DNA of 64,000 bases from an uncultured Eubacteriales bacterium (GTDB lineage Bacteria > Bacillota > Clostridia > Oscillospirales > QAMX01). Location: NCBI GenBank assembly GCA_934546935.1, contig CAKTEH010000001.1, forward strand, positions 44,460-108,459. Reading direction: 5' to 3'. Position numbers and translations under genes: made by a program. Positions 26,654 to 35,156 of the stretch are shown piece after piece (position 1 is the first letter of the stretch; every line of letters begins with the position of its first letter). The notes beneath the pieces are model-generated. The model saw nothing but the letters and a program-made list of their open reading frames with translations. It did not search any database and was not told where the DNA came from.

Positions 26654-27739
26654 ATGAGAAAGAGACGAATTGCCCTAGCCCTTATTCTGGTATTCATTGC
26701 CATACTTTTTTCCGGATGCGCATCCGGCTTCAAATCGTCTGACAGCACAGCTGCCGATAACGGTTCGTATTATTATGGATATGACAACAATGCGCCGCAG
26801 GCAAGCGCCAGCGAAGGGTATGATTACAAGTCTGAGGATTCCTATGACGATGCGAGTATGGAAGAAAGCGGTTCAACCGGCTCCCTTGCTACTATGGCAA
26901 TCGACTCTGCACTGCAGTCCTCTCGCAAGATTATCCTGACTGCGGATATTAATATGGAAACCAAGGCGTTTGACGATTCCGTTGCCGCGCTTCAGGAAGC
27001 GGTAGAATCCCTTGGCGGTTATATCTCCGGCGCCAATACGTATGTATATAATTCCACCTATTCGCTGCGCAGTGCCAATTATACTGTACGTATCCCGGTG
27101 GAAAATTTCAGCGCCTTTATCACAAAAAGCGAGCAGATGGGGAATGTAACCAATGCCAATATCTGGCAGGATGATGTGACCGCCAGATATACGGACATTG
27201 AGACCCGGCTCGCAGCGCTGGAAACGAAAAAGGAACGCCTGCTTGCCCTGATGGAGCAGGCAACGGAAATGTCCGATATAATAGAGCTGGAAAGCGCGCT
27301 GTCGGATACCATTTATCAGATTGAATCGCTGACTGGCCAGCGCAATACTTATGACGATCAGATCCGCTATTCCACTGCGCATGTTTATATAGATGAGGTT
27401 CGTGATCTGACCGACGTTGTCACGCCGCCCAAAACGCTTGGAGAACGTATCGGCCAGACGTTCCGCAGCTCCTGGAAGAGTTTTGTCAATTTCTGCGAGG
27501 ATGCGTTGGTCTTCCTGGTTGGGGCGCTGCCGGTTCTCATTATCCTGGTCATTCTTGCCGTTGCGCTTATTTTGATCCTGCGGCATACGGCGCCCCGCCG
27601 TGCTGCACGCCGGGAGGAACGCGCTGAACGTCAGCGCCAGGCTGCGGCGCAGTATCGTGCCCGGCGGGATGCTGCCCTTGCCGACGCTGCTGCGCAGAAA
27701 GAGGAAAAACCGAAATCTGATAAGCCAGAGGACCGGTAA
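26654..27739 (+). CDS. DUF4349-like lipoprotein with C-terminal membrane anchor
   Basis: ORF 26633..27739. The start MRKRRIALALILVFIAILFSGC (lipobox) at 26654 follows GGAGGA. A central coiled-coil region is followed by a C-terminal TM (LVFLVGALPVLIILVILAVALILIL) and a basic tail. Confidence 0.6.
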   Translation: MRKRRIALALILVFIAILFSGCASGFKSSDSTAADNGSYYYGYDNNAPQASASEGYDYKSEDSYDDASMEESGSTGSLATMAIDSALQSSRKIILTADINMETKAFDDSVAALQEAVESLGGYISGANTYVYNSTYSLRSANYTVRIPVENFSAFITKSEQMGNVTNANIWQDDVTARYTDIETRLAALETKKERLLALMEQATEMSDIIELESALSDTIYQIESLTGQRNTYDDQIRYSTAHVYIDEVRDLTDVVTPPKTLGERIGQTFRSSWKSFVNFCEDALVFLVGALPVLIILVILAVALILILRHTAPRRAARREERAERQRQAAAQYRARRDAALADAAAQKEEKPKSDKPEDR

Positions 27740-27761
27740 AGGCATATCCTGTATCTTCACA

Positions 27762-27808
27762 ATCTGCCGCGCAGGCTGTAAAAGCCTGCGCGGCAGATTC
27801 TTTCTTTC
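27762..27808 (+). terminator. Terminator after the DUF4349-like gene
   Basis: ATCTGCCGCGCAGGC tgtaaaa GCCTGCGCGGCAGAT followed by TCTTTCTTTC. Confidence 0.65.
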
Positions 27809-28125
27809 GCAGCACACCGTATTTTTTGAAACAGCCGGATGGGGAGCATAGGCGGAAACGGCCTTTTTTCTTTTGCCATCAGTGCGATATAAAAGTGGGG
27901 CTGTTGCGAAATCTGTTTCAAGCGCCACAGCAAAGGCGCAGGTGAAAATTGGGAAGTAGAAAAACGAAAAGTAAATGAGGAAAAGCCCGGCTTTCTTCAC
28001 GTTGATTTCAAAGAAGTGAAGTGGTATGATTTTCATTTACGTTTTTGCTTTCGAACGTGTATTTTTGCTATCAAATCCGATACCACAGAAACAAAACCGA
28101 AATCCAAAAAATCCAGCTGCAAGCA

Positions 28126-28160
28126 CAAAAAACCCAACTTCCTAGGTGGAAGCTGGGTTT
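28126..28160 (-). terminator. Terminator of the tRNA-Ser pair
   Basis: On the minus strand: AACCCAGCTTCC accta GGAAGTTGGGTTTTTTGT, immediately 3' of tRNA-Ser(GCU). Confidence 0.65.
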
Positions 28161-28166
28161 TTCATT

Positions 28167-28256
28167 TGGCGGAGAAGGAGGGAATCGAACCCTCGCGCCG
28201 CTTTCGCGACCTACTCCCTTAGCAGGGGAGCCCCGTCACCGCTTGGGTACTTCTCC
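28167..28256 (-). tRNA. tRNA-Ser (anticodon GCU), CCA encoded
   Basis: The reverse complement folds by hand. Acceptor GGAGAAG/CTTCTCC; anticodon stem CTCCC/GGGAG with loop CTGCTAA; long variable arm; T-arm GAGGG TTCGATT CCCTC; 3' GCCA. Confidence 0.9.
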
Positions 28257-28292
28257 GTATTTTTTATCGTTGCTATGGCTGCTGTTAAAAGC

Positions 28293-28381
28293 TGGCGGAG
28301 AGAGAGGGATTCGAACCCCCGGCCCCTTGCGGAGTCACTGGTTTTCAAGACCAGCTCCATAAACCACTCGGACATCTCTCC
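28293..28381 (-). tRNA. tRNA-Ser (anticodon UGA), CCA encoded
   Basis: Acceptor GGAGAGA/TCTCTCC; anticodon stem CTGGT/ACCAG with loop CTTGAAA; long variable arm; T-loop TTCGAAT; 3' GCCA. Confidence 0.9.
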
Positions 28382-28411
28382 GCATCAAGCGCCGCTTCAT
28401 GGACAGCACTC

Positions 28412-28440
28412 ATTCTAACATAAGCGCAGAGTTTTGTCAA
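28412..28440 (-). promoter_or_regulatory. Sigma-A promoter for the tRNA-Ser genes
   Basis: On the minus strand: TTGACA, 17 nt, TAGAAT, ending ~30 nt upstream of the tRNA 5' end. Confidence 0.6.
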
Positions 28441-28476
28441 CCTTTTTCAATCACGCCTGTTTCCGTTTTTCCCGGC

Positions 28477-29229
28477 TTACCAGTCATAAGGATCGCGGAA
28501 GTTGTTGGAAACAATATCCTGATCCTTTGGATAGTCATAGCTTGTCCAGTTTTCATATGCTTCAACCAAGGCGGCGGCGTCGTCATCAGAAAGTGTTGAG
28601 ATCAGACGTCGGCATTTCTCCACAATGGCTTCGGGCTTGTCCGGCGCCGCAATTACCCTGGCTTCCAGTTTCCGAAAGCCGGGAAAAAGCAGTTCGTTTT
28701 CCAGCAGGATCAGCCGGTAAAGCGAATAAATCATGCCATCAGCTACATGTATGCGTGCATAGCCTTCCGGTTTGCATGCTTTCCAGAAATACCGATGGAA
28801 CATTTTGAAGGTGCAGTAATGCTGCTTCAGTTTCTCAGCTTTTTCTGCCCGCGGATAGACGGGGATTGCGCTGGCAAGCTCTAAAAGTTCCGGATCATCA
28901 CAGAAGAGCGGCTGTGCACAGGAAAACATATTGCGCATGGGTTCGGAGCCATGGTCTGCCAGTTCGCGCAGGATGTCCTTGGTCAGGAAATGGATATCAA
29001 AGTAACCGCCTTCATAGGTACAGTGGCCGCGTACGACTTCCATTGTACCGGCGCCGGCCTGTTTTTGGGCGTAGTATTCAGATGGGATGACGGCAACGCC
29101 GTCGAGATCGGAGTCCGGACGTTCTGTATGCGTTGCGACGGAGCCAATAAGAAACAGAGCTTGGATTTGGGGATCTTTCCGGAAATATTCGGTCATACGT
29201 ATAATAGACTGGGCATGATGAGGATACAT
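28477..29229 (-). CDS. Nucleotidyltransferase-domain protein (Pol-beta superfamily; substrate unknown)
   Basis: 250 aa. LFLIGSVATHTERPDSDLDGVAVI is the GS-x(9-13)-D-x-D NTase motif. The helical C-terminal domain is as in small-molecule/antibiotic NTases. Confidence 0.6.
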   Translation of the reverse strand: MYPHHAQSIIRMTEYFRKDPQIQALFLIGSVATHTERPDSDLDGVAVIPSEYYAQKQAGAGTMEVVRGHCTYEGGYFDIHFLTKDILRELADHGSEPMRNMFSCAQPLFCDDPELLELASAIPVYPRAEKAEKLKQHYCTFKMFHRYFWKACKPEGYARIHVADGMIYSLYRLILLENELLFPGFRKLEARVIAAPDKPEAIVEKCRRLISTLSDDDAAALVEAYENWTSYDYPKDQDIVSNNFRDPYDW

Positions 29230-29284
29230 AAGACAATACCTCCTGGTTTTTGGATATTAAAGATAAGAGTTTGGCGCCAGGCGC

Positions 29285-30166
29285 TCATATACCCGTAAGG
29301 TCGAACGGCGGGATGTACTCTTCTTTTGCGCTTGAGAGTTCTTGCATATAACCTGCAAAATCCTGATATTCCACAAACTGCCGGATACGCCGGTATTCCG
29401 CCGCGCTTAAGCGCCGGTTCAACGGCGGGGTGTCTGCTGCCGGGCCGCAGGGGGTATATTGGGACATGATGCTGTATACGATCCCATCCGGCAGATTCTC
29501 TGCACACCAGCGCAGGACCCGCAGGGAATCGGCGCTGAGGCCGGGCAGCACCAGATGCCGTACGATTACCCCACGCGTTAACAATCCGTCGGCGTCAAAT
29601 ACGGCTGGCCCGGTTTGCGCATACATTTCCCGGACCGCAGCGGCTGCGTATGTAAAATAGTCGGCGGCATCCGAACAACGCGCCGAAACGAGCGGGGAGA
29701 CGTATTTCAAGTCTGTCAGATAGACGTCAACCGCACCGGCCAGTGCCCGGAGCGTCTGCGTCTTTTCATATCCGGCACAATTGTATATAAGCGGAAGCCC
29801 GGCTGGTTTATGCCGGGCAAGGTCAGGGATAAGATGTGCATAGTGCGTGGGCGTTACAAGGTTGATGTTATGCGCGCCCTGTCCGGCCAGCTCATGCATA
29901 ATCTCGTAAAGCCGCGCAACCGTCACGGTTTTCCCAAAATTCTCATGGCTTACCGCATAATTCTGGCAATAAAGGCAGCCAAGGCTGCATCCGGTAAAGA
30001 AAATCGCACCGGAGCCGCGCGTACCGCTGATACACGGCTCTTCCCACATGTGCAGCGCGGCCCGGGCAAGACGCGGCAGCGCAGGCGCGCCGCAATAGCC
30101 GTCCCCATGGTCATCGTCGCGCAGCGCCGCGCAGGCACGGGGGCAGAGCGTACAGGTCATTTTCAT
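29285..30166 (-). CDS. Radical SAM protein, PflX-like (COG1313-type activase homologue)
   Basis: CSLGCLYCQN (CxxxCxxC), N-terminal CTLCPRAC, and the PflA-like FFTGC. Confidence 0.75.
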   Translation of the reverse strand: MKMTCTLCPRACAALRDDDHGDGYCGAPALPRLARAALHMWEEPCISGTRGSGAIFFTGCSLGCLYCQNYAVSHENFGKTVTVARLYEIMHELAGQGAHNINLVTPTHYAHLIPDLARHKPAGLPLIYNCAGYEKTQTLRALAGAVDVYLTDLKYVSPLVSARCSDAADYFTYAAAAVREMYAQTGPAVFDADGLLTRGVIVRHLVLPGLSADSLRVLRWCAENLPDGIVYSIMSQYTPCGPAADTPPLNRRLSAAEYRRIRQFVEYQDFAGYMQELSSAKEEYIPPFDLTGI

Positions 30167-30816
30167 GCCAGGCCTCCGTTTCCCTGCACATCGCAGGCGG
30201 GATGGCGTTGGCGGAAAGAATACACGCAGCCGCAGTAATCCTGACGGTAAAGGCCGTATTGCCGCGAAAGCTCAACAGAACGGCGGTAACCGTTTTTTTT
30301 CTTAAAATCATTTGGCAGCCATGCCACCTGATAGCTTTCTGCAAGTGCCTGCCCGATTTCATTGAGCTTCTGCGCATTTTTATAGGGGCTCAGCGAAAGG
30401 GTGGATGCAAAATAGTCAAAGCCGCCTTCACTTGCCCGGCGTGCGGTCTCTTCAAGCCGGAGCCGGTAGCATGCAAAGCAGCGTTCTCCGCCTTCCGGAA
30501 GCCCTTCCATCCCCTGGGCAAGGTTGTAAAAATCAGCCGGCGCATATGTTCCTTCCAGAAATTCCACTGGATTCTTTGTGGGCATTTCCCGGATCAGCCG
30601 CAGCTGTTCATAAAGGCGTGCACGGTATTCTTTCTGCGGACTGATATTCGGATTATAAGCAAAAACTGTGATTTTAAAATACGGGGACAAATACTCCAGC
30701 ACATAGCTTGAGCATGGCGCGCAGCAGGCATGCAAAAGCAGCGATGGAGTGTGTCCCTGTGATGCAAGCTGGGCGAGCAGCCCGTCAAGCTCTTTCTGAT
30801 AGTTGGGTTTTTCCAA
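30163..30816 (-). CDS. queH: Epoxyqueuosine reductase QueH (DUF208)
   Basis: LLLHACCAPCSSYVLEYL, CFACYRLRL, DYCGCVYS. There is a 4-nt overlap with the downstream radical SAM gene. Confidence 0.85.
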   Translation of the reverse strand: MEKPNYQKELDGLLAQLASQGHTPSLLLHACCAPCSSYVLEYLSPYFKITVFAYNPNISPQKEYRARLYEQLRLIREMPTKNPVEFLEGTYAPADFYNLAQGMEGLPEGGERCFACYRLRLEETARRASEGGFDYFASTLSLSPYKNAQKLNEIGQALAESYQVAWLPNDFKKKNGYRRSVELSRQYGLYRQDYCGCVYSFRQRHPACDVQGNGGLA

Positions 30817-31059
30817 AGCAGGAACCTCTTTTATAATCAGCTTTTCTTCATTTTAACATATACCCTTTCACCTGTCCAGTCTGTGTGCGGAAGACAAGGT
30901 TTTTTATTCCCTGAATCGTGCGGAATGCAAATGTAAAAAATTAAATTGTTCTGTACTTTTTGTAAAGAATATAGTATGATGATGAAAGGTATTGTATGTG
31001 TTTTGCTGTTGCAGTTTTATCTGCAGCCGCAACGCAAGATTAAAAGAATGAGGTAAGTC

Positions 31060-32523
31060 ATGAGCTATCCGAGCCTGATGTTCCTGTCTGCGCCTTCCGG
31101 CGTGCGTATGCGCGCCGATGCATTTGAGGATTTAAAACTTTCGCTGCTTGTAAGCGAGCCGGTGATTGATTCCATGCGCGATATGTGTACGCGCGAGGAT
31201 ATTCTTGCACGGCAGGAGCTGTTCCGCGCGCTGGAGAACGATGAAACCCGCGCAAGCGCTGCCCGGCTTTCCGCCTGTATGGGCGGGTTGTACCGGTTTT
31301 ACGATGCATATATGGATTCCACCAATGAAGATGAGCGGCGCGTGATTTTCGTCGGCCTGATGAAAGCTGCGGTGGAATTTACAGAGCAGGCGGCTGCCTT
31401 TCAGGCAGGCGGCGTGTTTTATGAACGTTTCCATGCTTTTTTTGCCGAAGAAATCGAGCGGCCGGAATACAAAACCCTTTCTGCGGATATAGAGGCGGTT
31501 TTCCCGCATATCGCGCAGCTTCAACATGCGGGGTTTGTTGTAAGCGGCGATGATCTGCGTATTACTACAGCGCTTGGACAGCCCTATGAGGCCAGGCTTC
31601 TGGAATGCGCCAAAAACCTTGGGATGGAAAATGTCCCTGATCCGCGCAGCTTTTCACGTCCGATGACCGGCGCGATTATTGACGCAATTGCTGCGCTGTA
31701 CCCGGAGTCGTTTGAATATCTCGATGAGTTTTATGACCGGTATATTGATTTCTTTAATGAGGACATTATGCGCTATTATCGTGAATTGTCCTTTTATATT
31801 GAGCTTTCCCAAATCTTTGCGCGGATCCGAAAAAATGGGATTCCTGTTTGTTATCCTCAGATTCTGGAGGAGAAACGTATTGAAGTCCATGAGGCATATG
31901 ATGTGACGCTGCTTGCAAAAAACGAGACCAATATTATCCCAAACGATATTCATTTCAGCGGCTCCGAACCGTTTTTCTATCTTACTGGGGCTAACGGCGG
32001 GGGAAAAACGACATATCTGCGCGCTGTTGGTGCGGTAACAGTCTTTTTCCTGACCGGATGTCCTATTGCCGCGCGCAGTGCCGCATTTTATCCGCTGCAG
32101 AAAGTACTCACGCATTTCCCGCGTGACGAGCGTTTTGACTCAGGCGGACGCTTTCAAAATGAAAATGCGCTGGTCAATGAAATCCTCGAAGAGGAAAATG
32201 GGGAAAGCCTGGTTTTGCTGAATGAAACTTATTCCGCTACGAGCGAAGAACTTGCCGTACCGCTGACGGTTGCATTGGCTGAACGCCTGTATAAAAGCGG
32301 CAGTTTTGGCATCTATATCACACATCAGCATGGCGTTGGACAGACGAATATCCCGTTTCTGAATGTTGTTGTCGATGCGGCGGACGAAAACCGCCGTACC
32401 TATAAAATTGCACGCCGTCAAGGCGCCCAGGGCTCGCTTGCGTTGGATATCCTGAAAAAATATGGTCTTGACCGCGATGCGCTGCGTATGCGTTTCCAGG
32501 ATGGGGAGGGGGAAGAAGCATGA
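31060..32523 (+). CDS. MutS-related ATPase (domain III/V only; no mismatch-binding or Smr domain), subunit 1
   Basis: 487 aa. Walker A LTGANGGGKTTYLRAVG; Walker B-like LVLLNETYSATS (MutS has LLDE.GRGTS); ITHQH. Confidence 0.65.
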   Translation: MSYPSLMFLSAPSGVRMRADAFEDLKLSLLVSEPVIDSMRDMCTREDILARQELFRALENDETRASAARLSACMGGLYRFYDAYMDSTNEDERRVIFVGLMKAAVEFTEQAAAFQAGGVFYERFHAFFAEEIERPEYKTLSADIEAVFPHIAQLQHAGFVVSGDDLRITTALGQPYEARLLECAKNLGMENVPDPRSFSRPMTGAIIDAIAALYPESFEYLDEFYDRYIDFFNEDIMRYYRELSFYIELSQIFARIRKNGIPVCYPQILEEKRIEVHEAYDVTLLAKNETNIIPNDIHFSGSEPFFYLTGANGGGKTTYLRAVGAVTVFFLTGCPIAARSAAFYPLQKVLTHFPRDERFDSGGRFQNENALVNEILEEENGESLVLLNETYSATSEELAVPLTVALAERLYKSGSFGIYITHQHGVGQTNIPFLNVVVDAADENRRTYKIARRQGAQGSLALDILKKYGLDRDALRMRFQDGEGEEA

Positions 32524-34028
32524 GGTTCAGCCTGTTATATAAGACGCCCGAAGATGCGGATAACAGTGTAATGGGCGACATGCGCGAGGCGATTTATAAC
32601 CTTTCCGTCGACCGGCTGACAGCCGAGATTTCCGGTAATGAATACCGAAGCGAGGTCTTTCTAAAGATTTTATCAAACCCGCTGCACAAAGCGGAAAATA
32701 TCACATACCGGCAGCAGATCGTAGAAAATTTCTACCGTCAGCCACAGCTTCTGCTCGAGCTGCAGCGGCTGTTCCGCCGTTATGACTCTATCCGCGGGGA
32801 TTGGAGTGAGATGCGCTCCAATGTCCATCCCTACGGCGCTTCGGTCAGCTATAAAGCTTTGATGGAATATACCTTCGACCTGACAAAAGTCAGCGCAAAG
32901 TTTGTCAAGATGATTGCCGAATATTTTAAATCCTGCTTTGAAACGCTGGACAAATATGAGCTGACCGCCGAAGGCCTGCTTGGTATCAAGCAGTACTGCG
33001 TGGAGATGATTAATAACGACTCTCTCAACGAAATTGTCGATATCGCTTCGCAGTTTGTCCTTTATGATGCCGGGCAGTATGAATATACGCTTTCGGCCAC
33101 ATTGGACGATACGCTGCGCGTATGCGTCTGTGATTTAACCCGGATTGTAGAGCAAAAGCAGGCGGCAAAGGAACGCGGGCTGTGGAGCCAACTGAAGAAT
33201 TTTAAAAACCGTACGGAACGGGCGCCGGAGTATGATTTGGGCGATAGCCTTATTGACGATACAAATTTTATGCTCAACGAAGCGCTGTACCGTATGTATA
33301 TGATACTCACAGAGATCGCGGAGCATATCTATGGCTTGTTTTATGGCCTTTCTAATGAATTAAGCTTTTATGAAGTCGCGGTTTCGTATATCGAATACCT
33401 GCGCGAAAAAAAGGTGGTTTATTGCGTGCCGCATATCCGCCCACATGCCGACGAGGTATTTAATGCCGACGGCTTGTTTGATTTTATGCTTCTGATAGAG
33501 GGGAAAAGCCGCGACGAGATCATTACCAATTCCGTGCGTCTGTCCGGCGAACAGGCGGGCATCCTGATCCGAGGCAATAACTCCACCGGGAAAACCGTTT
33601 ATCTGCGCTCTATTGGCGTTGCGCAGATTATGGCGCAGGCCGGGCTTCCCGTATGTGCCCGCCGCGCAAGCATCAGCATGCGTTCGGCAATTTTTACGCA
33701 GTTTTCTTCTGCGGAGAAGGATTTTGTGGTTGGCGACACTGCCGGCCGTTTTGAAGGCGAGGTGCAGGAAGTTGCGCATATCCTTGACTGTATCCAGCCG
33801 CATTCCCTGGTGCTGTTCAATGAGACCTTTCAGACGACTTCCTATTCCGAGGGCTCTGAGGGAATGTTTGAGATCCTGAAGGTTTTGCCGAAACTGTCCT
33901 CAAAGTTTATCTTCGTTACCCGTATGACCCGGCTATTCCAGATGTGTTACCATACGGATATCAAGCTGATGGAGTCCGGAGAAAATGGGGAGGAACACTA
34001 TAAAATCCGGCCGGTACAGGTGGACTGA
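32520..34028 (+). CDS. MutS-related ATPase (domain III/V only), subunit 2
   Basis: 502 aa. IRGNNSTGKTVYLRSIGVAQIMAQAGLPVCA is very MutS-like. Also GRFEGEV and LVLFNETFQTTS. The ATG overlaps the upstream stop (ATGA at 32520-32523). Confidence 0.65.
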   Translation: MRFSLLYKTPEDADNSVMGDMREAIYNLSVDRLTAEISGNEYRSEVFLKILSNPLHKAENITYRQQIVENFYRQPQLLLELQRLFRRYDSIRGDWSEMRSNVHPYGASVSYKALMEYTFDLTKVSAKFVKMIAEYFKSCFETLDKYELTAEGLLGIKQYCVEMINNDSLNEIVDIASQFVLYDAGQYEYTLSATLDDTLRVCVCDLTRIVEQKQAAKERGLWSQLKNFKNRTERAPEYDLGDSLIDDTNFMLNEALYRMYMILTEIAEHIYGLFYGLSNELSFYEVAVSYIEYLREKKVVYCVPHIRPHADEVFNADGLFDFMLLIEGKSRDEIITNSVRLSGEQAGILIRGNNSTGKTVYLRSIGVAQIMAQAGLPVCARRASISMRSAIFTQFSSAEKDFVVGDTAGRFEGEVQEVAHILDCIQPHSLVLFNETFQTTSYSEGSEGMFEILKVLPKLSSKFIFVTRMTRLFQMCYHTDIKLMESGENGEEHYKIRPVQVD

Positions 34029-34052
34029 AGGATCTTTTTCTGAAAGCAATGT

Positions 34053-34090
34053 GACCCGCGCAGCTGATGCTGCGCGGGTCATGTTTGTAT
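34053..34090 (+). terminator. Terminator after the MutS-like pair
   Basis: TGACCCGCGCAGC tgat GCTGCGCGGGTCA followed by TGTTTGT. Confidence 0.55.
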
Positions 34091-34244
34091 CCGGATGGTT
34101 TTTGTCGGCCCTGTGTTTTTGATAGGGCCCGGTATGTGTATATAGCGCCGGAAAGCGGCGCGACTGTAATAAAAAATCCCCCGCAAGCGCGGACCTTTTT
34201 CGGACGGATTTATTTCGCTTTCCGGGGGATTCCTGCCAAAATTT

Positions 34245-35156
34245 TTATTGTTTAAGCGCGTCGATATACCGGCATGCAGCTAGTGCAGCTACTGCACCGT
34301 CGGAAATGGCGGTCGCAAGCTGCCGGACTGATTTACGGCGGCAGTCGCCGGCAACGAAAATACCGGGTGTTTTCGTCAGGCAGTCTTCGCCTGCATCAAT
34401 ATAGCCTGCCGGATCAAGGCCTGCATATCCGGAAAAAGCCTCGTTTGCCGGAACCCGGCCGATTGCAACGAACAGGGCTTCCAGATCGATCGTTTTTTCT
34501 TCGCCGGAATTGGAACGTACGCGCACGGCGCGCAGCTCGTCCTCACCAATAAGCGCTTCAACTACTGTGCCAAGCAGGATTTCCACATTATCCCGCGCAC
34601 GCAGTGCCTGTACCATCTGTTCCTCTCCTGTGAAGAAATCAAGATTCTGGATGACGTAAAGCTTTTTGACAATGTCGGCTAAAAGCAACGCTTCCTGTAG
34701 TGCGCTGTTGCCGCCGCCGACAATGCCTGCGGTGCGGCCGCGCTGGAATGCGCCGTCACAGACTGCGCAGTAATAAATTCCCCGGCCGGATAATGTGTCT
34801 TCCCGCATGACGCCCAGACGCCGGGGTTCGGCGCCTGCGGCGATAATAACACTTTTGCACGGAAAGCTGCTGTCTTCGGTGACAACGCAGAAAGCACCGT
34901 TGCGTACTTCAATCCCGGTAACCGTTTCCAGTTCGATCTCGGCACCCTGGAAAAGCGCCTGTTCAGTCATGCGGTCGGCAAGCTCTGCTCCGGAAATTTC
35001 TGTAAATCCTGGATAGTTCTCAATTTTCGGGGAATGGGTGATTTGACCGCCAAAGCTGGCCTTTTCCAGTACAGCGACGGTTTTGCCTGCCCGCCGGGCG
35101 TAAACAGCCGCGGTAAGCCCGGCGGGGCCCGCGCCGATGATCACAAGATCATGCAT
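34245..35156 (-). CDS. trxB: Thioredoxin-disulfide reductase
   Basis: GAGPAGLTAAVY (FAD), redox-active CAVCDG, GGGNSALQEA (NADPH). The start overlaps the nrdD 3' end by 8 nt. Confidence 0.9.
   Translation of the reverse strand: MHDLVIIGAGPAGLTAAVYARRAGKTVAVLEKASFGGQITHSPKIENYPGFTEISGAELADRMTEQALFQGAEIELETVTGIEVRNGAFCVVTEDSSFPCKSVIIAAGAEPRRLGVMREDTLSGRGIYYCAVCDGAFQRGRTAGIVGGGNSALQEALLLADIVKKLYVIQNLDFFTGEEQMVQALRARDNVEILLGTVVEALIGEDELRAVRVRSNSGEEKTIDLEALFVAIGRVPANEAFSGYAGLDPAGYIDAGEDCLTKTPGIFVAGDCRRKSVRQLATAISDGAVAALAACRYIDALKQ

Noticed and set aside
26873-28036. 387-aa minus-strand ORF starting in the tRNA-proximal intergenic region and running antisense through the DUF4349-like gene
   Set aside because: It reads straight through a strong terminator hairpin and the whole opposite-strand gene. 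Only the first ~45 residues are hydrophobic, and there is no RBS or motif support.
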